NCBI RefSeq assembly: GCF_004010195.1
Contig: NC_057718.1
Span: 37,747,592 to 37,811,591 of the forward strand
DNA length: 64,000 bases
Direction of reading: 5' to 3'
Source of the DNA: Chiloscyllium plagiosum
Lineage: Eukaryota
Part shown: positions 39,000 to 51,449 of the stretch, piece by piece
Numbering within the stretch: position 1 is the first letter of the stretch
How the letters are laid out: each line of letters opens with the position of its first letter
Position numbers and translations under genes: made by a program
The notes under the pieces: generated by a model
The model's database searches: none
Told to the model about the DNA's origin: nothing
The model's input: only the letters and a program-made list of their open reading frames with translations

Positions 39000-39520
39000 G
39001 GTATTATTCTTGCAAATCTAAGATTGTCATCATCTCAGTGATGCAAAAGTTAGCAACTACAGTTTACAATCAGACAACTGCTGGCCAGAATTAGCCCAGC
39101 ACTTGCAAAGTTTCAGGGGTACTGTGGGATGAGAACAACATTACTTTATCATACATCATGTCAGTATCCTGATTGACTGTACTGAATGCAATGAGAAGTT
39201 GACTGGTCGATTTGGCTTTGGGATGGGAAGGGGCTTGGAGTGCAGTAGGCAATCTCTTTTTCATGTAACACATTGATCACTCCTCTGGCACTGAAGCTTC
39301 ACCAGGTTGCTGCATGTGCTGCCATCAGGGCAGTGGAGGGCCAGACAGTGGAGCTGCTGAAGATGCAGTTCCTCTGTTTGGGCACCCTCCAGTATAATTC
39401 GGAGACAGTGTGGGACATCATCCTGGAGAGATGTGCTCTGCACACGTGGAGCAGAGAATGGGGTGATGTGTTTGACGTTGAGGAACTGGGAGTAGAATTA
39501 CAAGGAGAAGGACAGGACAC
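39000..39520 (+). mobile_element. Harbinger (HARBI1/DDE_Tnp_4-like) transposase remnant
   Basis: RAVEGQTVELLKMQFLCLGTLQYNSETVWDIILERCALHTW resembles the RxxIExxxGxLKxRFxCL...LQY...IIxxCCxLHN transposase C-terminus. Confidence 0.65.
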
Positions 39521-39981
39521 TGGGAAGGAGAGTTTAGCTGCATTGGCTCCAACCAGTCAGCCAGGATCAGATTGATGCCCGATTTCAGTAGATCTAAGCT
39601 GAATGCAGAAAACCATCGTGGAATTTAAAATATGCTTTGGTCGTATTGCCAGCATTTGGTTGGCATTGTGGATGTGAACTTCAGCCTCTGTCGGTTTTGT
39701 TGGTGTCTGCTTTTGCTGGCTGTCAATAAAAGCTTGTGTCTGGAGCTTACTGATTGTTTGCCTGTGATGGCCTCCTACTGGGCAGTAACAAGCTGTGAGT
39801 GTCTATTGGGCTTTGGCAGCAGAGTAGCAGTGATGTAAGATGTTTAAACGGGATGTAGCTAAGGGCAGGTAAAGTGTGCGGCATGGCTGTTTAACAGTGA
39901 CTAGGGTGAGAGGATGGGTTGCATGTATGAGGAAATGTCAGCCATGCCCAGCTGTGAGCAGTGATCAGTGTGTCTTTGTGG

Positions 39982-40170
39982 CTGCTATGCCATTGCATTG
40001 CTCACGAGTGATATCACTGGATTGTGCTATTGCATTGTTGGTGAGAGGCATCACTGATTGTACCATTGCATTGTTGACGAGGAGCATTGCCGGGTTGTAC
40101 CATTGCACTGTTAGTGAGGACATCGTCTGATTGCACCATTGCATTGCTGGTAAGGGGCGTCACCAGATTG
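39982..40170. repeat. Degenerate 36-37 bp minisatellite (4-5 units)
   Basis: Unit consensus tgattgyaccattgcattgttggtgaggggcatcac. Confidence 0.85.
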
Positions 40171-41105
40171 TCAAGTATCTGGCTGCATAACAGTCTTGCA
40201 ATAGGAACATAGAAGATAGGAATAGGAGTAGGCCATTTGACCCCTCGAGCATGCTCTGCCATTTGATAGGGTCATGGCTGATTATCAAGCTCAATCAAGC
40301 TAAACTCACCTGTCCCCATATCTTTTGATCTCTTTAGCCACAAGAGCTAAATCTACCTCCTTCTTAAAAACACATAATGTTTTGGCCTGAACTGCTTTCT
40401 GTGGTAGCGAATTCCAAGGGCTTACCACTTTCTGGATGAAAAAATTTTTCCTCATCTCTGTCCTAGATGATTTATCCCTTACCTTAAGCTATGACCCCTG
40501 GTTCTGGACACCCCGATCAGTGTGAACATCCTTCCTGGATCTAACCTGAGTTGTCCTGTTAGAATTTTAGAGGTTTCATGAGATTCCCCTCTTAATTCTT
40601 CTAAACTCTAATGAATAAAATCCTAACTTACTCAATTTCTCCTCAGGCAGCAGTCCGATAATTCCAGGAATCAATCTGGTAAACCTTTGCTGCACTCCTA
40701 TAGCCAGAGAATCTTTCCATAGATAAGGAGACTAAATCTGCATATAATATTCCAGATGTGGCCTAACCAATGCCCCATATAATTGCAGCAAGACATCCTT
40801 GTTCCTGTACTCAAATCCTCTCGCTATGAAGGCCAGCATACAGCTTACCTTCTTTGCTACATGTTGCACCTGCATATTTACTTTCAGAGACTGGTGCATG
40901 AGTACAACCATTCAAATAATAATCCGCCTTCTTATTTTTGCTATCAAAGTGAATAATCTCACATTTATGCACATTATATTAATCTGCCAAGCATTGCCCA
41001 CTCAGTCAGCCTGTTCAAACCACCCTGTAACATCTCTGCACCCCAACTTTGTGTCATCTGCAAATTTTGAGATAATACATTTAGTTCTGTCATCTAAATC
41101 ATTAA

Positions 41106-41262
41106 TAGCAAGAGGGACAGAACACCAGTACTTCAGCAGAGTCTCACGGATGATGTTACTTAGCATGGTGACGAAACGTCTAGACCAAACTCACCAGTTA
41201 AGCGAGCAAACTTACAACCTGATCCATAACCTAAGCTACAAATCTTCTCCAAAATTTCAATC
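41106..41262 (+). mobile_element. Short family-D-related PLE insertion with mutated hammerhead core
   Basis: UCA-CGGAUGA-U-GUUACU(UAGCAU)GGUGAC-GAAA-CG-UC at 41144-41180. 9-bp TSD aatcattaa at 41097-41105 and 41263-41271. Confidence 0.8.
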
Positions 41263-42039
41263 AATCATTAACATCTGTTGTGAATAGCTCAGGTCCTAGT
41301 ATCGATCTGCCTGGTACCCCACTCATCACTGCCTGTCATTCAGAATAAAAAAAAGTTATTCCTATTCTTTGTTTCCTGTCTGCTTACCAATTTTCTAACT
41401 ATCTCAATACACTACCCCCAATCCCATGTGCTTTAATTTTGCACATTAATCTCTTACGTGGGACTTGGTCGAAATCCTTCTGAAAGACCAAATAAACCAT
41501 ATCCACTGGCTTTGCCAAGCAATTCTACCAGATACAGCCTCAAGGAATTCCAGTAAATTTGTCAAGCATGATTTCCCTTCTCTAAATCCAGGCTAACTAT
41601 GTCTGATTCTACCCCTATTTTCTAAGTGCTCTTCTATAAAATTGTGGATAATAGGCTCTAGCATCTTGCCCCTACCAATATCAGACTCACTGGACTATAG
41701 TTCCTTGTTTTCTCTCTACCTCATTTTTTAAATAGTGGGGTTACATTACTGACCCTCCAATTTGTAGGAACTGTTCCAGAGTGTAGACAATCTTGGATGA
41801 TGATCACCAATGCATCCATTATTTCTTGGGCCATTTCCTTAAGTACTCTAGGATGTAGATTATCAGACACTGAGGCTTTATCAGCCTTCAATCCCAATAA
41901 TTTCTCTAATATCATTTTACTACGAATGCAGGTTTGCTTCATTCTCTCCCTCTCACTAAACTCTGTGTTCCCCATCATGCTTGATCTATTATCCTTTGTG
42001 TCCTTTTTGTGAAGACAGAAGCAAAGTATGAATCTAGTT

Positions 42040-42294
42040 GGCACAGTGGCGCAGTGGTTAGCACTGCTGCCTCAGAGCGCCAGGGACCCGGGTTCAATTC
42101 CTGCCTCGGGTAACTGTGTGGAGTTTGTACATTCCCCCTGTGTCTGCGTAGGTTTCCTCCGGGTGCTCCAGTTTCCTCCCACAGTCCAAAAAGATGTGCA
42201 GGTTAGGTGAATTGGCCATGCTAAGTTGCCCATAGTGTTAGGTGCATTAGTTCGGGGTAATTATAGAGTAGGGGAATGGGTGTGGGTGGGTTAC
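42040..42294 (+). mobile_element. HE1-type tRNA SINE (3'-truncated)
   Basis: A box tggcgcagtggtta, B box ggttcaattcc, and body ctgtgtggagtttgtacattccccctgtgtctgcgt. Confidence 0.9.
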
Positions 42295-42511
42295 TCTAGT
42301 TCATCAGTTATTTCTGCTCCCAATTATAAGTTCCCACATTTCTGACTATAAGGGACCTATATTAGTTTTCATCAATGTTTTTCTCTTCACATACCTGTAG
42401 AAACATTTACAATTAATCCTTATAGTTTCTCTCATACACTATTTTCCTGTTCTTAATCAATTCCTTGCGACGCAAAGTTGGGGTGGAAGGGTGAGGAGGA
42501 TGCGTAGTGAT

Positions 42512-43148
42512 TGTAACAAGGTGAGCCAGCTGGATATCATAGAATATGAGTTCCCTAATTGGGGCTGTTAATCTGGTCCAATCAGGGAGCACTAGCTGAC
42601 AGATAAAGGGGGTGGGGCAACATGGGTGCTGGGGAAAAAATAAGCACTAAAAAAGAAAAAAGAAAAAGAGAGAAAAAAAGGGGGTGGGGGGGGGGGCGAG
42701 CCGGAGTAGGTGCAGGGGCAGGCTGCCATTGAGTGGTCGGAAGGTGGGAGGGAGGGATGCCTTGCTGGGAGGGTCTGCTTTCTATGCACTGTTTCTTATT
42801 TGATTGGACTGTCATATATGTAGTTGTTACTGTTAATTTTGGGATGAATGGAAGTGGGATTTGAGGTTTATCATCATTTCCCTGAAAATGGTTGAACGGT
42901 GGGGTTTGGGGTCTGGTTTCACTGCTCCTTTCCCCTGCAAATTGCTCTTTCTTGTATACAGCTGTTCATGTTAACTGTTGGTTTGTAATTTGTACTGGTT
43001 AATAAAATAAAGGAAATAAATAAATGGGTGGTGGGTGTCAGAGATACTGCCACTCTGATAGCTGATTCTGAAATGGTAGTATTAAAGTTAAAGTCTATTC
43101 ATGTGTAAATGAAGGTTGACTTGGTGATGGGATTTTGAGTTATTTTAC
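42512..43148 (+). mobile_element. Probable solo LTR interrupted by an A-tailed insertion (about 42608-43025)
   Basis: Starts TGTAAC and has a CCAAT box (ccaatcaggg). Resumes at gtgtcagaga...tgtaaatgaagg...gagttattttac. The insert ends in aataaaataaaggaaataaataaat. Family assignment is from recollection only. Confidence 0.5.
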
Positions 43149-43301
43149 CTTGGTTCTACTTTGTTGAATTCAAAACTGTTCCCAATCCTCAGATGTATTG
43201 ATTTTTCTTGCCAATTTGTATGTCTGTTCTATGCACCTAATGCTATCTCTAACTTCCCTCCTAAGCCATGGTTTGGCATGTGTTCCCTGCACTCTTTTTT
43301 G

Positions 43302-43629
43302 TAGATTAGATTCGATTACTTAGATTAGATTACTTACAGTGTGGAAACAGGCCCTTCGGCCCAACAAGTCCACACCGACCCTCCGAAGAGCAACCCATCC
43401 CTCTACATTTACCCCTTCACCTAACGCTATGGGCAATTTAGCATGGCCAATTCACCTAACCTGCACATTTTTGGACTGAGAGAGGAAACCGGAGCACCGG
43501 GAGGAAACCCACGTAGACACGGGGAGAATGTGCAAACTCCACACAGACAGTTGCCTGAGGCAGGAATTGAACCTGGGTCTCTGATGCTGTGAGGCAGCAG
43601 TGCTAACTATTGTGCCATTGTACCGCCCA
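43302..43629 (-). mobile_element. HE1-type tRNA SINE (full length)
   Basis: Reverse complement has a tRNA head (gggcggtacaatggcacaatagttagcactgctgcc...ggttcaattcc), the HE1 body and a (tagat)n tail. Confidence 0.92.
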
Positions 43630-45032
43630 ACTTGTGCCTTTTAAAAGATGAACCAGGCATAGTGATGTAAGTCTTTCAATGGATATCTGCTGCACATCAA
43701 TTTGTTCCAAGTATGGCATGTGTTAAGATGGAGCTGGAATCAGACAAGAGGGATTCCATAAGGGTGGAGTAGACAGTTAATGAGATATGTCTGAACAGAT
43801 ATGACAAGAGGTTGTGTTAGGCCTTGCTGCAGGATACCCTCCAAAAACCTCAACACAATTAACACTTAGCCAAAAAAAACATGAGATTCAGCTTTATAGA
43901 CTGGTGCCTGCCATGTAACAAACTGACAGAACACACCACATGGACTACATGACCCAGACAGAGTGGCTGAGGGAGAGGTGGATGGATACCTTTATTCCAG
44001 AACATATTACGTAACTGTCTTACAGGTACAGTGCCTGGGTGGTCTGGAATCTATGCCATAATACAACATCCCTGGAGGGAGAGATTAAACAAGATAAAAG
44101 AGCAGCGAGTGAACATGATGACATTCTGGAGGAATGTGTGGAGAGCGGGTATGTGCACTGGCAGAATCTACAGGGTCAGCACTGGGATGGATGAGTTGAG
44201 CAAAGAAATTGGCAAGGACGGTTCCCTGAGGGCATTCTTACCTAAATGTATACATCTGATGCACCATTCTTCCCTGAAATCTAGTAGAGGAATTGCTCTC
44301 TGTAAACATTCTAGGCCAATATAGCTTCCTACTGATAACCTTAATTGTCATCTTCTTCCTGCCACCCCCTCCAGCATTTTGTCCCAGCCTCTGTTTATTC
44401 TCTAAATTACATTATATTATAAACACTGTGCCTACTAGTACACCCATGTCTGAAAGCTACTGGCTTGCACCAAAGCCTTGAAGTCAGCAAAAAACAAGTT
44501 CTTCAGCATCGGTCACATCACTCCCCATCGCTTCTGTACAGTGAAACAGCTTTAGAATTAAGAAAATAATTTTAAATCGTAGCAATCAGCAGAAATCCAC
44601 CATCAACCAACTTGTTAATTAGTGATTTTGTAAATAGTGCGTGTGTGGTGTTGGTGTAATCCTTCCTGCTATTGAATGCACCTTCAGTTGCACAATTGAG
44701 AGCAGCAGTCAGCTCCAAAACGTCTGCACAAGCAACAGATTTTAGCATTGCATGCTATATCACAGTACACTGCTCTACATAGCTCCAATGGATGCTCACT
44801 CATTGTTGCACCATTAGTGTCTGGCACAATTCATTGCACAAATATGCGCGCGCACACACACAGACACATACACCATGGACACCATCTTAGAAATCCCAAA
44901 GTCACACATTGCAACCACACAGACAAATTTGAAGGATTCCAATTCCTTTTCAGTAAATATAAAATCAGTTATGGAAATCTCAAAAAGTTATATGAAGGTG
45001 CACTTGCAATTTTGCTTTCAGACAGGAACCAT

Positions 45033-45046
45033 CTGCCATCTAGTGG
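45033..45046 (-). promoter_or_regulatory. CTCF binding motif
   Basis: Minus strand CCACTAGATGGCAG fits the CTCF core consensus CCASYAGRKGGCRS at all 14 positions and lies in non-repeat sequence. Confidence 0.6.
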
Positions 45047-46084
45047 TTGAATCAGAGTAATGCCATACAGTGATTTTTTTCAACATCTGAGCCAGTCTTT
45101 CTACACTCATTTGTTTATTTAGCAATTCTTTCGTCATGTTAATACCACGAGTGCTCCTCTATACTAAATATATTTGCATGGGAGTTTTTTATTTTGCTAG
45201 GTGTGTTTTATGATTTGTCATCGAAATAACAGCGATGCTCATGGCATCCACCATTATTTATTTACAGGGTAGGGCAGATGCATGTTTGATTTTGAAATAA
45301 ATTGCCATCTGAGTTGCACTGGTGAGGCTGGCACAATCTTAGAGGCCTCAGACAGTCACCACTATCATTAGCTGTTTCCCAAGGCTACATCAGAGCCAGG
45401 CCTCTAGCAGAGGGAATGGTTGCCAGGTCAGGATGGAGATGACAAGGACATTTCCATCTCAAGGCACCCTCTGAACACATATTGAATTTTATAAACAAAT
45501 GGCAATAGCATTGATACTAGCCCTCTGGAGATGGAATGCTTCCACAGGTTGAGGACGTGTGGCATAGTTGTAATTATTTGAATGCATTTGCAAATCTTGG
45601 CATTGCCGACCAGGTTTCGGTGCCTGTGACTTATCGACTTCAGTCTTATTTCTAGACTTCACATAATTGATTAACTGAACTGAGTGTCTTGCTCAGACAT
45701 TCCAGAGGACACTTTTGAGTCAACCACATTTTCTGGGTCTGGGCAGACCAAGTAAGGATGGCACTCCATCCTTATTGTTATTGCCTAGCACTTGTGTGAT
45801 GCAAATGTTAGTTTCTACTTGTCAGCTGTTGGACTTTTGAGGCTCCTAACCACAGTTAACGAATGTTGATCATTTATACGAATTTTCACATAGTTCATTA
45901 AGTTTATTAAAACCATCAGATTAGTTATGATACATTAGTTAATTAGACCGAAAATAAATCTTTCATGGAAACAAATCAAACATGGGTAAAGAAATTGCTG
46001 GAGAAGTTCAGCAGGCTTGGCAGCATCTATGGAGAGAGCAACAGAGTTAATACCATAGTCTGATGTCACTCGTCTACAAAACTG

Positions 46085-46900
46085 GGTAAGGAAACCTCCT
46101 GCTAACTACCACCACTGCACTCTCCACACTCCAGCTGATGAATTAGTGTTCCTTCATGTTGAACTTGAAATGGAAAAGCATTGAGGCTAGCACTTTGTGT
46201 GGGGTCATTGATGTCCATCAGCCAATAATGACTCAATAGTACCACCACTGATCAAGCTGGTTGAGTCCTGAAGAATATGACAGTTTTGCCAGCTTTGTAG
46301 CAGGTGGTGAGGGAACTAACAAGAGAAAATAACTTACTTGATATCATATTCACCAAACTACCTGTCACAGACATATCTGTTTATGACAACATTGGTAGGA
46401 GTGACCACCATACCGTCCTATGGAAATGAGGTCCTATCCATCGCTTTGATTTGTTTTATCATGCTAGATAGGATAGACTTTGAACCGAACTAACAACTCG
46501 AAACTAGACATCAATGAGGAGCCGTTGGTCATTAGCAACAACAGATTTGTATTTAACCATAATATGTAACCTGATAGCCTGGCATATTTTCACTGTCATT
46601 ACAATTAAGCTGGACAACCAATTGAGTTCAATGCAAAGTGCAGGTGGACATGACAGGAGCAGCACCGTGTGTAATTATTAATGAGGTGCCAACTTCATGA
46701 ATCTACAAGGCAAATAATTTGCATGTCAAACAGCAGAAACAGCAGGCAACAGTCAGAAATAAGGGATCCCATAACCAACATATCAGATCTAACCTCAGCA
46801 ATGCAGCCTCATCCAATTGTGAATAGTGATGTACAATTAAACAACCAACTGGAGGTAGAAGCTGCACAATTATCTCAACCCAAAATGGAGTATATTTTGC
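46085..46900 (+). mobile_element. L2/CR1-group LINE endonuclease region (continues at about 51450-52200)
   Basis: Reads VRELTRENNLLDIIFTKLPVTDISVYDNIGRSDHHTV (APE SDH motif). The RT part resumes after the inserted CR1 (WKIAQI, YHPVSLLQIISNVM). Confidence 0.7.
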
Positions 46901-49900
46901 ATAAGACCATCAGACCATTAGGCATCTAAGCAGAATTAGGCCATTCAGCCCATTAAGTCTGCTCTAGCATTCAATCATGGCTAATGTGTTTCTCAACCCC
47001 AATTTCCTGCATTCTCCCTGTAACCTTTGATCCCCTTACTAATCAAGAACCTATCTACTTGTCTTACATACACCGAATGATTTGGCCTCCACAGCCCCCT
47101 GTAGCAATGAGTTCCACAGATTTACACCCTCTGGCTGCAGAAATTCCTCCTCATCTCAGCTCTAAAGTGTTGTCCCTTCACTCTGAGGCTGTGCCCTCAG
47201 GTCCTAGACTCTCCTATTACAGTTGTGGAAACATCTTCTCCACATCCATTCTATACAGGCCTCTCAGTATTCAGTAAATTTCAATAAGATCCCCCGCTAT
47301 CCTTCTAAACTCTATCACATGTTGACCTAGAATCCTTACCCACTCCTCTCATGACAATCCCTTCATCCCCAGGATCATTCTTGTAAACCTCTACTGGAAT
47401 CCTCCAATACCAGCACATCCTTCTGTGGATACAGGGCCCAAAAGTCTCAATATTCCAAATGCAGTTTGACTAGAACCTTATATAGCCTCAGTAGTACATC
47501 TTTGCTCTTAAATTCTAGCCTTTTGAAATGAATTCTAACATTGCATTTGCCTTCCTAACTGTCAACTGAACCTGCATTTTAACTTTGAGATTCCTGAACA
47601 AAGATTCCTGAACAAAGATTCCTAAGTTCCTTTGCACTTCAGATTTCCAAAGCCTTTGCCCATTTAGAAAACAGTCTACACCTCTATTCTTCCTACCAAT
47701 CTGCATAACCTCATACTTTTCCACATAGTAATCCATCTGCCTCTTCTTTGCCCATTCTCCTCACCTGTCCAAGTCCTTCTGAAACCTTTCTGCTTCCTCA
47801 ACACTCCATGTTCCTCCACCTCTCTTGCAAATTAGCAACACTGTCTGCAGTTCCTTCATCAATATCGTTAATGTATAACATGAATAGTTATAGTCCCAAC
47901 ACTGACACCTGCAGAAGTCCACTAGTGACCAGCTGCCATTCTGAAAAAGACTCCTTTATCCTCACTCTTGACTGCCAGTCAAGAAGCGTGACGCTGGAAA
48001 AAGCGCAGCCGGTCAGGTAGCATCTGAAGAACAGGAGAGCTGATGTTTCGAGCATAAGTTCTTCATCAGGAATGAAGAGCTTATGCTCCAAACATCGATG
48101 CTCCTGCTATTCGGATGCTGCCTGACTGGCTGTGCTTTTCAGCACCACACATTTTGACTCTGATCTCCAGCATCTGCAGTCCTCACTTTCTCCTTCTGCC
48201 AGTCAGCCAATCCTCTATCCATGCCAGTACCTTGCCCATTACACCATGAGCTCTTATTTTATTTAGCAGCCTCCTGTGCAACACCTTGTCAAAGGCCTCC
48301 TGGAAATGCAAATAGATTACACCCACTGGTTCTACTTTATCTAACTTGCTCAGTACCTCCTCAAAGAAGTCTAATGTATTTGTAAGGCATGACCTCCCTT
48401 TGACAAAGCCTTACTGACTCAGCCATTTATACTCTGCACTTCTGGGAACTCCTCAATCTCATCCTTAATAATGGACTCTAAAATCTTACCAATGACTGAG
48501 GTCAGGCTAACCAATCTACAGTTTCCTGTTTTTTGCCTCCCTCCCTTCTTAAATAGGGGCATTATATTAGCTATTTTCCAATCCTCTGGGACCCTCCCCG
48601 ACTCCAGTGTTTCCTGAAATATCACCACTAATGTCTCCACAATCTCTTCAGCTATCTCCTTCAGAACTCTGGGGTGAAGTCCATCGGTGCAGGTGCTTTA
48701 TCCACTTTAAGCTTTCCCAGCACCTCCCCCTTAGTGATGGCCATTATACTCACCTCTGCCCCCTGACTCTCTTGAAGTTCTAGTATGCCACAGTTGTCTT
48801 CCACCATGAAGACGGATGCAAAGTATCCATTCAGTTCCTTCGTTAATTCTTTGTTCCTCTTTACTATCTCTCCAGCTTTATTTCCAGTGGTCCAATGTCT
48901 ATTCTTGCCTTTTTCTTAGCTTTTATATATCTAATAAAAAAACACTCTTGCAATCTTCTTTTATATTATGAGCTTGCCAGCCCTCATATTTCATCTTCTT
49001 CCCCCTTGTTATTTTTTAAATTGTCCTCTGCTGGTATTTAAGGGCTTCCCACTAATCTTCACCATATTGTATGTTTCATTTGCTTTTATGCTGACCCTGG
49101 CTTCCCTTGTCAGCCATGCTTGTCTTGTCCTCCCCTTCACATGTTGTTTCTTCCTTGGGATGAATTTCTGTTGTGCCTCCCAAATTACCTCAGAAATTCC
49201 AGCCGTTGCTCCTCCAACATCTTCTTTGCTGGGCTCCCTTTCCAATCAACTGGCCAGTTCCTCCCTCATGTCTTTGTAGTTACCTTTACTCAATTGTAAT
49301 GCAGCTCCATCTGATTCCACCTTCTCCCTCTCAAACTGCAGGTTGAATTCAATTATATGATGATCACTGTCCCGTAAAACTCCCTTATCAAGTCTGCCTC
49401 ATTACACATCGCCAAATCCAGAAATGCCTGTTCCCTACTGAGTCCACCATAAGCTGCTCCAAAACACCATCGCATAGACATGCAATGAATTCCTTTTCTT
49501 GGGCCCTGCTACCAACTTGATTTACCCTGTCCACCTACATATTGAAATCCACTGTGCATGTAATAGTGCTTTATATACATGCCTTTTCTATCTCCTGATT
49601 TATTTTCTGACACACATCCTGATTACTGCTAGGAGGCCTGTACACAACTCCCATCAGGATTTTCTTCCTTTATGATCCTAACCACACAGATTCTATGCCT
49701 TCTGAATCTAAAGCACGTCTTGCTATTGATTTAATTTCATCTCTTACTAGCAAGGTAAGCTCCCCTGCTCTGCTTATCTGCCTTTTCTTTCAATAGGACA
49801 TGTATCCTTAGATATTTAGCTTCCAGCCCTGATCCCCTTACAGCCATGTCTCTGTGATACCCACAGTATCATCTCCATCAATTTCAATCCGTGCTATAAG

Positions 49901-51420
49901 CTCATTTACTTTGTTTTGTATAACATACACGTACATACAACACCCTCAGTACAGAGTTGACCATCGCCCTTCTCACTGTCATCCCCCTCATCTGCTATGC
50001 CTGAAGTTAAATTCCTGACCCTTTCCATACTCTCTGTCCAATTATTTGTTCTAGAAATTTTATTAGCTTCTGCTGAGCTACCCCCATACCCCTTTAACTT
50101 TTTCCATGATTTTCCATGCAACTAAACTCACCCCCTCCTACTATTTAGTTTAAAATCTTAGCCACCTCCCTAGTTATGCAGTTTGCAAGGTCCCAGCATG
50201 ATTCAGGTGAAACCCAGCCCATCAGAATAGCTCCCTCCTTCCCCAGTAGTGGTGCCAATACTCCATGAATTCAAACTTGTTACTCCCACACCAATCGCTG
50301 AGCCACGCATTTATCTCTTTAATCTTGTTGACCCTGTGTCAATTTGCTCATGGCTCAGATAGTAATTAGGAGATTATTACCTTTCTCATTCGCCTTTTTA
50401 ACTTAGTCCTTGGCTGCTCATATTCCCTTACCATAACGTCTTTCCTCTTTCTACCTATACTGTTGGTACAGTGGACCATGACAACTGGACCTTTCCCCTC
50501 TTACTCCATGTACCTCTGCAGCCCAGATGAGATATCCTGAACCTGAGTACCAGGCAGGCAACACAGCCTTTGGGAGTTTCAATCCCAGCCACAGAGAACA
50601 CTGTCCTTCCCTGACTATACTATCCCTGATACCAACTACATTTCTATTTTCTCCCCTTCTTAAATGGCTCCCTGTACCACAGAACTATGGTTCAGTTTGC
50701 TCATCACCCAATAGCCCCCACTCTCATCCACACAAGGAGCAAGAATCTCAATTTTTTTCAACAGGCTCAAGGGCTGAGCCTCCTTCAGCACTACCTCCTG
50801 ATCTCTCTACCTGCCTCATTCATAGTCACAGCCTCCCGTCCCTGACCACTGACTGGATTTGAGGTAGTTAATCTAAGGGGCATGACTGCCTCCTGAAATA
50901 CAGTGTCCAGGTAACTCTCACCCTCCCTGATGTGTCACAGTGTTCGAGGCTCAGACCCCAGCACATCAACTCTGAGCTGGAGTTCCGCAAGCAAACAACA
51001 CTTGCTACAGCTTTGGTGACTGTGAACCACAATGCAGTCCACCTGCTCCAACATTATGCAGTTACAACTCATCACCTGGCCCAACATCTCTATTTCATTT
51101 ATTTAGTCCTTAGTTTGACTTTTATAAATTTCCTACTGGTCTTTTAGTTTGCAACCTATAAATATTTCCCCCATTTACCTTCGCTTTCTGAATGTAACTT
51201 ATAATAGGGAGTCTAATTAGTAGCTGTCACAAACCAATGAACTTACAGTTTTCATGTTATGGCATTCTCTTTATGTTGGACCCCATTCCTGGGCTTCAGT
51301 TTATCCTGTAAAAAGACCTTACAAATTATAACCAAAGAAGCAAGCAAAAAGGACCTCTTCCCTTCTACACCAAATTCCCCAAATTATATACTCACTCGGG
51401 CTGTGTCTCACTCTGGATGT
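46900..51420 (-). mobile_element. Near full-length but degenerate CR1 LINE
   Basis: Tail cataagaccatcagaccatt at 46900. RT remnants VPEDWKIANIMPLFKKG (48419-48640), endonuclease region at about 49300-49900 and ORF1-like region at about 50350-51080. 5' boundary uncertain. Confidence 0.85.
47982..48195. mobile_element. Fold-back family-A element with hammerhead core
   Basis: Minus strand CUGAUGA-A-GAAC(UUAU)GCUC-GAAA-CA-UC at 48042-48069, plus an inverted partial copy. 10-bp TSD ctgccagtca at 47972-47981 and 48196-48205. Confidence 0.85.
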
Positions 51421-51449
51421 GATCTCGCCTTCCAGACTATGTTCAGCTT

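Larger units (their letters stand above)
40200..43300 (-). mobile_element. CR1 LINE (3' tail to endonuclease region) carrying nested PLE, HE1 SINE and LTR insertions
   Basis: Tail ataggaacatagaagatagg at 40201. RT remnants DNLHPRVLKE...VPTNWRVSNVTPLFKK at 41721-42044. CR1-like sequence resumes at about 42302-42465 and 43160-43300. Confidence 0.82.

Noticed and set aside
39982..40170. CRISPR-like array
   Set aside because: The units are contiguous diverged tandem repeats with no unique spacers and no cas genes, in eukaryotic DNA.
42040..42115. tRNA gene
   Set aside because: The tRNA-like head runs into the HE1 SINE body and has homologous copies at about 43555-43629 and 62465.
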